From contig JANMPT010000097.1 of NCBI GenBank assembly GCA_031370005.1, positions 64,001-128,000 on the forward strand: 64,000 bases of DNA, read 5' to 3'. Under the pieces are notes generated by a model, which was not told the origin of the DNA, searched no databases, and was given only the letters and a program-made list of their open reading frames with translations. A program made the position numbers and the translations under genes. Numbering within the stretch: the first letter of the stretch is position 1; every line of letters starts with the position of its first letter. Positions 32,030 through 41,370 of this stretch are shown one piece after another. The stretch is from Bdellovibrionales bacterium. GTDB lineage: Bacteria > Bdellovibrionota > Bdellovibrionia > Bdellovibrionales > Bdellovibrionaceae.

Positions 32030-32326
32030 TTAAGACTTTTTAAAAAGAGCCTCAGCCGCTGCCCTTAGTGCTGCTGCTTTGTCCACACCGCTGCCTTCAC
32101 CATTTCGCGGAGAAAAATAATCGCAAAAATTTGCACGATCTCTCTCTTTCACGGAATCCGCCAGGGGCTCTCGACACTCATTATAGATTTTTGGATCATA
32201 GAATTCACAGTTTTTACAAACATGAACATCGGCATGGCACTGCGGGCACTCGTCGCGACGTCCAACGATGCCTGGAACTTGAATCTCTTTATTGCAATTA
32301 AAACAATACAAGGACTGTGTATTCAT
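32030..32326 (-). CDS. Cys-rich putative zinc-binding protein
   Basis: CxxC three times (CFNC, CPQC, CKNC), plus CRE and NFCDYF. Confidence 0.8.
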   Translation of the reverse strand: MNTQSLYCFNCNKEIQVPGIVGRRDECPQCHADVHVCKNCEFYDPKIYNECREPLADSVKERDRANFCDYFSPRNGEGSGVDKAAALRAAAEALFKKS

Positions 32327-32328
32327 AA

Positions 32329-33294
32329 TTATTTGTAGTTTGGCTTCTGATTGAGCTTATGATGAGCCTCAATTGTACGAATTGTCCCCGTCGCCGAACG
32401 CATCACTACTGAATGAGTTTTTGCCTGACGACCAGGCAGTGTTTTTACACCCTTCAAAAATGGACCATCAGTTACACCGGTTGCTACGAACATCACAGAG
32501 CCACTAGCCAGCTCGTCAACACTATATTTTTTAGTAAGGTCTTTGATACCCATTTTAGTGGCACGTTCTTTTTCATGTTCATTACGAAATTTCAAGCGGC
32601 CTTGAAAATCTCCTCCCAAACATTGCATTGCTGCTGCAGAGATGACCCCTTCTGGAGCCCCACCAATCCCCATCAGTAAATCAATACCAGAATCCGGCCA
32701 TGCCGTTGCAATAGCTGCTGAAACATCGCCATCACCAATCAGGTGAATGCGGGCTCCGGTTTTACGAACCTCAGCAATCAAAGCCTCATGGCGAGGACGA
32801 TCCAAAATTACCACAGTCAAATCACCCACAGTTTTTTTCAAGGCATCCGCAACGCATTTCACATTTTCTGTTGGCGTTTTATCAATGTCGATGCAACCCT
32901 TTGCCCCAGGACCACAGGCGATTTTATCCATGTAAGTGTCAGGCGCATGCAGAAAATTGCCTTTTTCTGCAACCGCAATTACAGACACTGAACCCACTCC
33001 GCCAGTAGCACAAATTGTCGTGCCTTCAAGGGGATCTAAAGCAATATCAATCGCTGGTGCGTTGTGTGCTTTGTTTCCGACTTTTTCACCGATATAAAGC
33101 ATCGGAGCCTCATCGCGCTCCCCTTCACCGATGACCACAGTCCCGTCAATATTAACGCTGTCAAAAGCTTTTCTCATTGCATCAACAGCAGCTTTATCTG
33201 CCGCTTTCTCATCACCATGGCCAGTCCACTCGGCACAGGCCAAAGCGGCAGCTTCTGTAATACGTACAAACTCTAAAGCCAAGTTTCTGTCCAT
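32329..33294 (-). CDS. glpX: Class II fructose-1,6-bisphosphatase
   Basis: MDRNLALE start with GGAG SD; VIGEGERDEAPML, DPLEGT, YMDK, DGDV, GGAPEG. Confidence 0.96.
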   Translation of the reverse strand: MDRNLALEFVRITEAAALACAEWTGHGDEKAADKAAVDAMRKAFDSVNIDGTVVIGEGERDEAPMLYIGEKVGNKAHNAPAIDIALDPLEGTTICATGGVGSVSVIAVAEKGNFLHAPDTYMDKIACGPGAKGCIDIDKTPTENVKCVADALKKTVGDLTVVILDRPRHEALIAEVRKTGARIHLIGDGDVSAAIATAWPDSGIDLLMGIGGAPEGVISAAAMQCLGGDFQGRLKFRNEHEKERATKMGIKDLTKKYSVDELASGSVMFVATGVTDGPFLKGVKTLPGRQAKTHSVVMRSATGTIRTIEAHHKLNQKPNYK

Positions 33295-33680
33295 TTTTCT
33301 TTCTCCAGGATTTGTTTCATTTCTCTTGGTAAGCGTATTAACTTCAAGCTTTGATCTAGGCATACATGTGCCGTTTCTGCAACTGCCAAAACCCAACCAC
33401 GGGCATTCAAACGATACTGTATATAAACTCGGATCCCCACAGATTTTACTTCGAGCTGAATTTCGATCTCATCGCCAAAAAGTGCCGGTTTTAGATGACG
33501 CACACGGGTTTCATATACCGCAAAAAGATTGGCCGAACCGCGCTTTTGATAATCGAGCAAGCCTCGAGAGTGAGCCCAGTGAACACGAGCTTCCTCGCAA
33601 TAACGCAGGTAATTGCTATGATGAACAATCCCCATCTCATCGGTCTCATAGTACTGAACACGGTGTTGATAAGTGTGCAT
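33273..33680 (-). CDS. Acyl-CoA thioesterase, YbgC/4HBT family
   Basis: RVQYYETDEMGIVHHSNYLRYCEEAR; GGAG SD. Confidence 0.9.
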   Translation of the reverse strand: MHTYQHRVQYYETDEMGIVHHSNYLRYCEEARVHWAHSRGLLDYQKRGSANLFAVYETRVRHLKPALFGDEIEIQLEVKSVGIRVYIQYRLNARGWVLAVAETAHVCLDQSLKLIRLPREMKQILEKEKWTETWL

Positions 33681-33842
33681 AACTCCCTTAAATGCTCAAG
33701 CGATACAATCACAAAAACAAGCTGAGAGGCAAAGCGTTTATTCAAATTATATTTTTTAAGCTGCTTCCTTTTTACTTACATACATTGACAGCATGGAAGT
33801 CACCTTGAGAAGATCAACCAAAGCAAACAAAGGATCTACATC

Positions 33843-34430
33843 TTGAATACAACGACGCCTCAGGCGGCCTTACCTTCATGGAAACTACAGCTTCCTATGT
33901 GGATTACAATCAGTCGCATCGCGATGGTCCCCTTCGTGCTTTTATGTATGTTGCCCAACAGCTTTTGGTGGAATATCTTTGCTGCATTTTTGTTCACCCT
34001 AGCGTCTATCACTGATTATTATGATGGTTATTTTGCCCGTAAATACAATGCAGTCTCTAACATGGGTAAATTTATGGATCCTGTTGCGGATAAAATCTTA
34101 GTCAGCAGTATCCTTGTGATGATGGCCTATTACCAAAAAATTGATCCGTGGATGGTGGTAGTTATTTTAGGACGGGACAACTTTATTAGTGGAATTCGTG
34201 CTGTTGCCTCCGCCGATGGCATTATTATGGCAGCAAAATCAGCTGGAAAATGGAAAACTGCCCTGCAAATGGGCGCTATTCCCGGCTTGCTGATTGGAGA
34301 AATTCCAGGGTATTTGCCATATCTTGGCAAAATTGCTTACGGACTCTTGTGGATCAGCGTTCTATTAAGTATAAGTAGTGGTGTTGAATATTATATGTCC
34401 TATATGCAGAGCCGCAAAGCAAAAGGGTAA
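33843..34430 (+). CDS. pgsA: CDP-diacylglycerol--glycerol-3-phosphate 3-phosphatidyltransferase
   Basis: CDP-alcohol phosphotransferase motif DYYDGYFARK...GKFMDPVADK; GKWKT. Confidence 0.93.
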   Translation: MNTTTPQAALPSWKLQLPMWITISRIAMVPFVLLCMLPNSFWWNIFAAFLFTLASITDYYDGYFARKYNAVSNMGKFMDPVADKILVSSILVMMAYYQKIDPWMVVVILGRDNFISGIRAVASADGIIMAAKSAGKWKTALQMGAIPGLLIGEIPGYLPYLGKIAYGLLWISVLLSISSGVEYYMSYMQSRKAKG

Positions 34431-34529
34431 ACAATGCTACTTCATATGTCCCCAAGAGATTGGTTTTTTATTTTCCTAGCAGTTCTGTTGGCTAGCTATG
34501 TGAAGATGGCTTCCGCAAAAACTCACCCC

Positions 34530-34718
34530 TCAATGAACCCTCTCTTTAAGCTTGCTAAGATCAGCCGCTTGATTTGAAACTTCAGAGGCTGTCATTCGTA
34601 AATTCGTTTCATTTCCAAGCTTTTTTACTCCCCAAAAATAGCCCATAAAATAAGCGCTTACGCCTAAAAGAGAGATGGCAGACCATTTGATAAGAGTTTT
34701 TTTAAAAAAACCAAGCAT
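34530..34718 (-). CDS. Possible small single-TM protein
   Basis: 62 aa with one hydrophobic segment; competes with a 47-aa plus-strand ORF at 34434..34577. Confidence 0.4.
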   Translation of the reverse strand: MLGFFKKTLIKWSAISLLGVSAYFMGYFWGVKKLGNETNLRMTASEVSNQAADLSKLKERVH

Positions 34719-34734
34719 GAAAAATATTTACCCG

Positions 34735-34763
34735 TTGACAGGAAGAATATGCAACTGTAATTT
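34735..34763 (+). promoter_or_regulatory. Sigma70-type promoter of tRNA-Gly
   Basis: TTGACA-N17-TAATTT upstream of the tRNA. Confidence 0.65.
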
Positions 34764-34784
34764 TCGTCAGAAGTTCGTAATGAC

Positions 34785-34860
34785 GCGGGAATAGCTCAGT
34801 TGATAGAGCGATGCCTTGCCAAGGCATAGGTCGCGGGTTTGAGTCCCGTTTCCCGCTCCA
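34785..34860 (+). tRNA. tRNA-Gly (GCC)
   Basis: 76 nt GCGGGAA...TTCCCGC-T-CCA; D arm AGCTCAGTTGATAGAGC; anticodon arm ATGCC-TTGCCAA-GGCAT; T-loop reads TTTGAGT. Confidence 0.97.
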
Positions 34861-34875
34861 AACCTCACAAGTTTG

Positions 34876-34909
34876 GGTTCTCCGGCTCCCCTGTCATTGA
34901 GGGAGAACC
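34876..34909. terminator. Hairpin between the convergent tRNA-Gly and thioredoxin genes
   Basis: GGTTCTCC (34876-34883) is complementary to GGAGAACC (34902-34909). Confidence 0.4.
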
Positions 34910-35266
34910 TTAAGTCGATATCCCAAAAAGATCACTAATTGCCTTTTCAAAACTCTCTTTCGGAATAAACCCCGATGACATCGCTGGTTCACCCTTTATT
35001 GGAATAAAAAGAATAGCTGGAATGCCCCGAACACCAAACAGCGCTGCCAATTCCGGAGATATTTCAGTGTTCACCTTATATACATCTAACTTACCGGAGT
35101 ACTGGGCCGAGACTTCATCCAATACGGGAGCCAATGCGCGGCACGGCCCGCACCAGTCTGCATAAAAATCAATAATTGCTGGTCTATATCCCTTAAATAA
35201 CCAGTCTTTTGAGGCTTCAAAGTCAAAAATTTTTGATTTAAATGTCTCAATATTCAGTATTTCCAT
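34910..35266 (-). CDS. Thioredoxin
   Basis: DFYADWCGPC, cis-Pro GIP; ATG 35266 has an AAGGAG SD. Confidence 0.95.
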   Translation of the reverse strand: MEILNIETFKSKIFDFEASKDWLFKGYRPAIIDFYADWCGPCRALAPVLDEVSAQYSGKLDVYKVNTEISPELAALFGVRGIPAILFIPIKGEPAMSSGFIPKESFEKAISDLFGIST

Positions 35267-35287
35267 AACAATCTCCTTTACAGTTAT

Positions 35288-35314
35288 CATATGTTAATAT
35301 TATTATATGTTAAT
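35288..35314. promoter_or_regulatory. Probable ArsR-family operator in the divergent trx/arsR promoter
   Basis: Imperfect palindrome CATAT-N12-ATATG (35288-35309) and direct repeat ATATGTTAAT at 35289 and 35305, overlapping a TATTAT -10 element. Confidence 0.5.
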
Positions 35315-35651
35315 GCATACAATAAAGACAAAAAAATATTTACCAAAAAAATCAGTTTCAATCACAAAAATAGAAAATGCTTGTGAAACTGTCGCTTCCA
35401 TTCTTAAAGAACTTTCACACCCGCAAAGGTTGCTGATTTTAGGCCATCTTTTGGAGGGCACGAAAACGGTTTCGCAGCTGGTAAAATCTTGTGAGATCTC
35501 ACAGTCACAGATGTCTCATTTTTTAATGAGAATGCGATTTGCTGGGCTTGTAGAGTCAGAAAAAAAAGGCAAATTTCAGTTTTATTCCTTGGCAGACAAG
35601 CGATTGATTCAATTGATGAAGACTATTCAAACTGAGTATTGCAAAGGATAG
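35307..35651 (+). CDS. ArsR/SmtB-family transcriptional regulator, BigR/SqrR-like
   Basis: LKELSHPQRLLIL, ISQSQMSHFL, GLVESEKKGK-x3-YSL, C-terminal EYC. Confidence 0.9.
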   Translation: MLMHTIKTKKYLPKKSVSITKIENACETVASILKELSHPQRLLILGHLLEGTKTVSQLVKSCEISQSQMSHFLMRMRFAGLVESEKKGKFQFYSLADKRLIQLMKTIQTEYCKG

Positions 35652-36266
35652 GTGAACATGAAGAACCAATGGGATGAGCGTTACGAACAAGCAGATTATT
35701 ATTACGGCACGGAGCCAAGTTCGTTTTTAGTAGAGCATTCGTCATATTTTAGCAAAGGTGATCGGGTTTTGTGCTTAGCCGAAGGCGAGGGCCGAAATGC
35801 GGTTTATCTCGCAAAACTTGGATGTGAAGTCACAGCTGTAGATTCCTCTTCTGCCGGGCTTGAAAAGCTTCAATTATTAGCTGATAAAAATAGCGTTAAA
35901 ATCAAAACAGTCTGCTCGGATCTAAATGACTTTTCCTTTGTGGATGACTACTGGGACGCTGTCGTTTCAATTTGGTGTCATGTTCCGAGCCCGCTTCGTA
36001 CAAAGATACATCAAAATATCTTAAGAAGCTTAAAATTCGACGGGAAATTTTTCCTTGAAGCCTATACCCCAGATCAGCTTAAACTTAAAACCGTGGGTCC
36101 TCAAAATCCTGATCTGATGCCCACACTTGCACAAATTAAAAATGAGCTTCGAGGTCTTAGGCCTTTGCTCGAACAAGAAACTACGCGCTTAGTTTCTGAA
36201 GGCGTTGGACATCAGGGAATGAGCGCAGTTGTTCAATTCATTGGAACGAAAGGTCAACTCAAATGA
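35652..36266 (+). CDS. Class I SAM-dependent methyltransferase
   Basis: WDERY...YGTEP, motif I VLCLAEGEGRNA, VTAVDSS, EGVGHQG. Confidence 0.9.
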   Translation: MNMKNQWDERYEQADYYYGTEPSSFLVEHSSYFSKGDRVLCLAEGEGRNAVYLAKLGCEVTAVDSSSAGLEKLQLLADKNSVKIKTVCSDLNDFSFVDDYWDAVVSIWCHVPSPLRTKIHQNILRSLKFDGKFFLEAYTPDQLKLKTVGPQNPDLMPTLAQIKNELRGLRPLLEQETTRLVSEGVGHQGMSAVVQFIGTKGQLK

Positions 36267-36616
36267 ACCTAAATGATTATGAAAGTTATTTGATTCCCAC
36301 CGCCTTATTTGGATTCTTTGTATGGCGTTTGCTAAAATATAAAAAAATAAAAGCAATTCTACCTAAACTTGTCGAAGAAGGCGCTATTGTTGTTGATGTG
36401 CGAAGCGTGAGTGAGTTTCAACAAGGATCGCGACCTGGAAGTGTAAATATTCCACTTGGTGAAATAAACTCTCGGTCTAATGAACTCGATAAAAACAAAA
36501 CTATTATTCTTTGTTGTGCCTCAGGTTCTCGTAGCGGAATGGCAGTTGGTATTTTAAAAAAGAATGGATTTAAAAACGTCGTAAATGCTGGGTCTTGGAT
36601 GAACACTCTAAATTGA
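36263..36616 (+). CDS. Membrane-anchored single-domain rhodanese (sulfurtransferase)
   Basis: N-terminal TM, VDVR, GSVNIPL, active-site loop CASGSRS. Confidence 0.92.
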   Translation: MNLNDYESYLIPTALFGFFVWRLLKYKKIKAILPKLVEEGAIVVDVRSVSEFQQGSRPGSVNIPLGEINSRSNELDKNKTIILCCASGSRSGMAVGILKKNGFKNVVNAGSWMNTLN

Positions 36617-36651
36617 AAAAAAACAATGAACTGGCCATTGAAAGGCATAAT

Positions 36652-37983
36652 ATGAAACTACGAAGCATTACAGGGGGACTCGTTCTGACTATTTGCAGTT
36701 TATCACATGCAGAAACGCTCTCATTTAAATCAGCTTGGAATAGGATTAATGCAAACTCTGCAGCGCAAGAGTCTTCGCGCTTACAAACAGAAGCTCTTAG
36801 TGAAGCTCAGTCCAGAGCAACACGCCACTGGCTTCCTCGGATATATTTAGACGCCAAAAGCTACCAAACAAATGATCCGGGGGCTTCCTTCCTTGGCCTT
36901 TTGGAACAAAGATCTCTTCAGCAAAGTGATTTTAGCCCTGACTCCATCAATCACCCAGATACCCATATATATACAAGAGGAGCGCTCGGTGTTGATTTTC
37001 CACTTTTTGAGGGAGGTCTAAAATCAGCTCAAATTGATTTATACAAGCACTCAGTTGCTGCTCAACAAAATTCAACTTCTCAAATACAAATTGAGCAGTA
37101 CTCTCAAGTCGGCCTTTCTTATGGATCAATCATAATTCTTGAATTGCAAAAAAATAAGCTACAAACACTAAACACTGAAATTACAAAAATGATTAAAGAC
37201 TACCGACTTGGAAGCAAATCCAATCCCATAGGATATTCAGGTTTACTAGGAATGAAATCATTGCGAAACCGCCTCATTGGTCTTATCAGCCAATATGAAG
37301 CGCAAAGTAGATCCTACTATGCAATTCTTAAGGAAATGGGGCTAAAAGATACAGAATGGTCACCAGAGTCTTTGGAGTCATTGGCATTTGTAAACAACTA
37401 TCTGTCATCTCAAATTGTTAGTTCATCATCATTTAAGATCGAAAATACAAAAGAAAATGTGAAAGTCAGTGAAGAAATGACAAATATGGAAAAAGCTAAA
37501 TTTCTGCCTAGAGTCGGTGTCTTTGCTGAGAATTACATTTTCAATAGTAATCGCAATACTGCAAACGGCTATAATGCCGGCGTTTATTTGCAATGGAGCC
37601 TTTTTGATCCCGCAAATTACGGCTCGCTCAGAGAGTCCAAATTGAAATCCCTAGCTGCTGCCAAAAGCTCAGTGGCTTCCGAGCAAGAAGAACGGGCTGA
37701 ACGCACTGCCCTGCTTGAATCAATGAGCTCACTTCGTGAAAATATAGCACTCCTTAGTGAAAGCCATAAAATTCTTATTGAACAATCTAAAATGACAGAG
37801 ACTCTTTTTCGCAATGGTTCAATCAATGCGCTGCAAATTGTTGAAGTACTTAGCCGTCGAGCTGATCTTATTGTCCAGCAAGTTGATACGGAGCTTAGTT
37901 TAATTAAAACTAGCTCTCAAATCATTACTAAAGAAAAATTTAATATTGAAGCACACCTTGGAGCTAAAAATGAAATCCACTAA
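36652..37983 (+). CDS. TolC-family outer membrane efflux protein
   Basis: Signal peptide from ATG 36652; two repeats with WLPRI / FLPRV strands and PLFEGG / WSLFD; coiled coils. Confidence 0.8.
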   Translation: MKLRSITGGLVLTICSLSHAETLSFKSAWNRINANSAAQESSRLQTEALSEAQSRATRHWLPRIYLDAKSYQTNDPGASFLGLLEQRSLQQSDFSPDSINHPDTHIYTRGALGVDFPLFEGGLKSAQIDLYKHSVAAQQNSTSQIQIEQYSQVGLSYGSIIILELQKNKLQTLNTEITKMIKDYRLGSKSNPIGYSGLLGMKSLRNRLIGLISQYEAQSRSYYAILKEMGLKDTEWSPESLESLAFVNNYLSSQIVSSSSFKIENTKENVKVSEEMTNMEKAKFLPRVGVFAENYIFNSNRNTANGYNAGVYLQWSLFDPANYGSLRESKLKSLAAAKSSVASEQEERAERTALLESMSSLRENIALLSESHKILIEQSKMTETLFRNGSINALQIVEVLSRRADLIVQQVDTELSLIKTSSQIITKEKFNIEAHLGAKNEIH

Positions 37984-40900
37984 ACTCGGCTTCGCGGGCA
38001 GACTCGCTCAAACCTTCGTTCATTCAAAATTGACCCCAGTAATTGCAATATCAAGTTTACTTCTAGGTTTGATGGCGGTGTATTTCACACCAAAAGAGGA
38101 AGAACCACAAATTTCTGTCCCAATGATTGATATTAGAACAGCAGCTCCAGGCTTTACATCCGAAGAGGTCGAAAGAAAGGTAACAGAACCAATTGAGCGT
38201 GCTGTCTGGGGGCTTGACGGAGTTGAGTACGTCTATTCTAGCAGTCAACCCCATGGCAGTCTTGTCACCGTTCGCTTTAAAGTTGGCGAACCGATGGAGC
38301 CAAGCTTAGTTAAAATTCATCACAAGCTTATGACCATTCAGCACGAGTTGCCTGAAAGTGTTCTTCCACCACAGGTAAAATCATTTTCTATTGATGATGT
38401 GCCATTTTTAGTTCTCACTTTTACATCAAAAAAATTAAGCGAATTCGAGCTCAGAAGCTCAGTAGCTCCACTTGCACGGGAGCTTTCAAGTACGCCTGAT
38501 TTGTCCAGCGTTGAAATTCTTGGTGGACAAAAGCGAGCGATTCGGGTTATTGCCAACCCTCTAAAAATGCAAGCATATGGCGTTTCATTGCTAGCGCTCA
38601 TACAATCACTGAAAGCAAACAATGCGCTTTCTCATTCTGGAAAAAACTGGGGTGAAAAAGAGGTCTTTGATGTCGAAGTTGGCGGACGTTTGCATTCAGC
38701 TCTAGAGGTTGGAAATATCGCCATTGGTCAAAGAGCCGGGCGAGTTGTATTCATAAAAGATGTAGCTCAGGTTCTAGATGGACCAGAGGAAGTCATTCGG
38801 AGCTCAGTTCTATTAGAAAAAAACCAAGCACCTGAAAAAGCTGTTTCAATAGTTTTTACAAAAAGAAAAGGCACAAATGTTGTGACCCTTTCTCAGGAAA
38901 TTCTACAAAGAGCAGAAATATTTATTAAAAAACATGCTCCAGAAACTGCCGGTGCTGATCTTAAAATGACAATTGCCCGCGACTACGGAACAACAGCTGC
39001 GGATAAATCGAATGAACTGATCGAACATTTATTACTTGCAACTTTATCAGTTACAATTTTAATTGCCTTATTTATGGGAATCCGAGCCTCGCTTGTCGTA
39101 GCGATAGCCATTCCTGTCACACTGGCTCTAACCCTGGCTGTATATTATTTCATGGGCTATACTCTTAACCGCGTCACTCTCTTTGCACTTATTTTTTCTA
39201 TCGGCATCCTTGTTGATGATGCCATTGTGGTGGTTGAGAATATTGAGCGTCATCTAAAAGAAAATTCCAAAGATGGAATAGTTAAAGCCACAATAAAAGC
39301 CGTGAATGAAGTGGGCAACCCAACAATTCTTGCAACATTTACTGTTATCGCAGCGATCCTGCCAATGGCATTCGTTCGAGGCTTAATGGGACCTTATATG
39401 AAGCCAATTCCTGTGGGGGCAAGCTTTGCAATGATGCTATCCCTATTGGTTGCGTTTGTTGTTACGCCCTGGGCGGCAGTGAAACTGCTCAAAGCCCACC
39501 ATTCTGTTGATTCAAGCTCAGCCAATAAGATAAGTCGTCTTGATCAAATTTATCAAAATGTCATGGAAGTATTATTGGGTTCAAAAAAACCTGCACTCCT
39601 TTTTGGTGCATTTACTATTTTTCTTCTTTTGGCGGCAAGCAGCTTGATCTATTTCAAATCCGTAAAAGTAAAAATGCTTCCCTTTGACAACAAGCAAGAG
39701 TTTCAGGTCCTCATTGACTATCCGGTAACGACTCCCCTTTTAGTTGGTAAAAACTGGTCAACTGAACTTGCAAGCGAAATTCTCAAAAATCCAGAGGTCA
39801 AATCTGTTCAGGTATTTGCTGGAGAAGCTGCACCTTATTCATTTTCAGGTATGGTTAAACATACGTTTTTAAGAAATGTCGATTATCAAAACGACCTTCA
39901 AATTGTATTAACAGAAAAAGGACAACGTAAAATTTCGAGTCACCAAATTATTGAAAGTTTACGCCCCCTCATCAAAGACTTCGGTCTTAAGAAGAGGGCT
40001 GTAATAAAGGTTTTAGAAATTCCTCCAGGACCACCTGTATTGGCAACTATGATGGCAGAAATTTATGGACCTGATGCTGAAACCCGAGAAAAAGTAACCA
40101 AGGAGATTGAATCGATCTTTGCCAAAGAGCCCAGCGTTGTTGATCTCGATACCACATTAAGAACAGGAAGACCACGTCAAGTCTATGAGTACGATCAAAT
40201 TCAGGGTGGACTTCTCGGTACCAAATCAAGTGAACTCATGGCCCTAGGAAGATTGGTATTTTCCGAAACCCCGATCACAACTCTAGCCAATGTAAAATCG
40301 CCGGAGGATGTCAGTATAGATTTGTCACTTTCCCAATCTGCTAGATCAACAAATAAACCTTTTGCAAATTTGCGAGTCCCTTCATTTGAAACTGGAACAG
40401 TCGAAGCAGATAAGGTCTTAAAGACAGCCCACGAAGAACCCAACTCAGTATTGTATCGTAAAAATCTAAAACCAGTTTCCTATGTAATGAGTGAGTTATC
40501 AGGCAGTGAAGAAGCACCTGTCTATGGAATTCTAAAACTTGCTCCCCAAATTAAATATCCATTACAAACAGCGGATGTTCCATGGAATACCCTTGCCCCC
40601 GTCGTTAAATGGGATGGTGAGTGGTTTATTACATATGAAGTCTTTAGAGATCTTGGCGCTGCCTTTGCTGTGGTTATGGTCTTAATTTATATTCTTGTGT
40701 TAGGCTGGTTTAAGAGTTTCACAGTTCCACTAGTTATTATGGCCCCTATCCCTATTAGTTTAATTGGAATTTTACCTGGACATGCTATTATGGGCTCATA
40801 TTTCACGGCGACTTCTATGATTGGATTTATAGCGGGGGCAGGAATCATCGTTAGAAACTCAATCATTCTTGTAGACTTTATTGAGCACCAGCTAGCTCAA

Positions 40901-41164
40901 GAAATGAGTTTAAAAGCAGCTGTGATAAGCGCTGGAGTTCTTAGGTTTCGTCCTATGCTATTGACTGCAGCGGCGGTTGTTGTCGGCAGCTCAGTGATGC
41001 TAGCGGATCCAATTTTCCAAGGACTCGCAATCAGCCTTATTTTTGGAGAAATCGCAGCTACTATTTTAAGCAGATTTGCTGTTCCAATTTTGTACTATTG
41101 GTTTGTAGGAAAAAGTCGAGTGAGTGCCATTCGTTCTGATATTAATTCACAAGGAGGATTCTAA
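37970..41164 (+). CDS. RND efflux transporter permease, AcrB/CusA superfamily
   Basis: EEEPQI, GILVDDAIVVVEN, GIIVRNSIILVD, RFRPMLLTA; about 1065 aa. Confidence 0.95.
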   Translation: MKSTKLGFAGRLAQTFVHSKLTPVIAISSLLLGLMAVYFTPKEEEPQISVPMIDIRTAAPGFTSEEVERKVTEPIERAVWGLDGVEYVYSSSQPHGSLVTVRFKVGEPMEPSLVKIHHKLMTIQHELPESVLPPQVKSFSIDDVPFLVLTFTSKKLSEFELRSSVAPLARELSSTPDLSSVEILGGQKRAIRVIANPLKMQAYGVSLLALIQSLKANNALSHSGKNWGEKEVFDVEVGGRLHSALEVGNIAIGQRAGRVVFIKDVAQVLDGPEEVIRSSVLLEKNQAPEKAVSIVFTKRKGTNVVTLSQEILQRAEIFIKKHAPETAGADLKMTIARDYGTTAADKSNELIEHLLLATLSVTILIALFMGIRASLVVAIAIPVTLALTLAVYYFMGYTLNRVTLFALIFSIGILVDDAIVVVENIERHLKENSKDGIVKATIKAVNEVGNPTILATFTVIAAILPMAFVRGLMGPYMKPIPVGASFAMMLSLLVAFVVTPWAAVKLLKAHHSVDSSSANKISRLDQIYQNVMEVLLGSKKPALLFGAFTIFLLLAASSLIYFKSVKVKMLPFDNKQEFQVLIDYPVTTPLLVGKNWSTELASEILKNPEVKSVQVFAGEAAPYSFSGMVKHTFLRNVDYQNDLQIVLTEKGQRKISSHQIIESLRPLIKDFGLKKRAVIKVLEIPPGPPVLATMMAEIYGPDAETREKVTKEIESIFAKEPSVVDLDTTLRTGRPRQVYEYDQIQGGLLGTKSSELMALGRLVFSETPITTLANVKSPEDVSIDLSLSQSARSTNKPFANLRVPSFETGTVEADKVLKTAHEEPNSVLYRKNLKPVSYVMSELSGSEEAPVYGILKLAPQIKYPLQTADVPWNTLAPVVKWDGEWFITYEVFRDLGAAFAVVMVLIYILVLGWFKSFTVPLVIMAPIPISLIGILPGHAIMGSYFTATSMIGFIAGAGIIVRNSIILVDFIEHQLAQEMSLKAAVISAGVLRFRPMLLTAAAVVVGSSVMLADPIFQGLAISLIFGEIAATILSRFAVPILYYWFVGKSRVSAIRSDINSQGGF

Positions 41165-41346
41165 TGACAATTGAAAATAAAATTCGCGCTTTTGCAGGCT
41201 CTTTTATTCTTTTAAGTCTTGTCTTGGCTCATTTTTACTCACCCCAATGGCTTTGGCTTACAGCTTTTGTCGGTGCAAATCTGCTACAATCAAGTTTTAC
41301 AAGATTTTGCCCACTAGAAATCATTCTTCGCAAATTCAAAGCATAA
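41164..41346 (+). CDS. DUF2892/YgaP-like small membrane protein
   Basis: GGAGG SD; IRAFAG...WLWLTAFVGANLLQSSFTRFCPLE with the conserved Cys-Pro. Confidence 0.85.
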   Translation: MTIENKIRAFAGSFILLSLVLAHFYSPQWLWLTAFVGANLLQSSFTRFCPLEIILRKFKA

Positions 41347-41370
41347 ACATGTTGCATTTAATTGGAGCTA

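Noticed and set aside
33131..33682. 183-aa plus-strand ORF
   Set aside because: Antisense shadow of glpX and the thioesterase, with no recognisable motifs.
34785..41370. Integrative element or prophage at tRNA-Gly
   Set aside because: No integrase, phage genes or duplicated tRNA 3' end seen; kept only as a possible acquired cassette.
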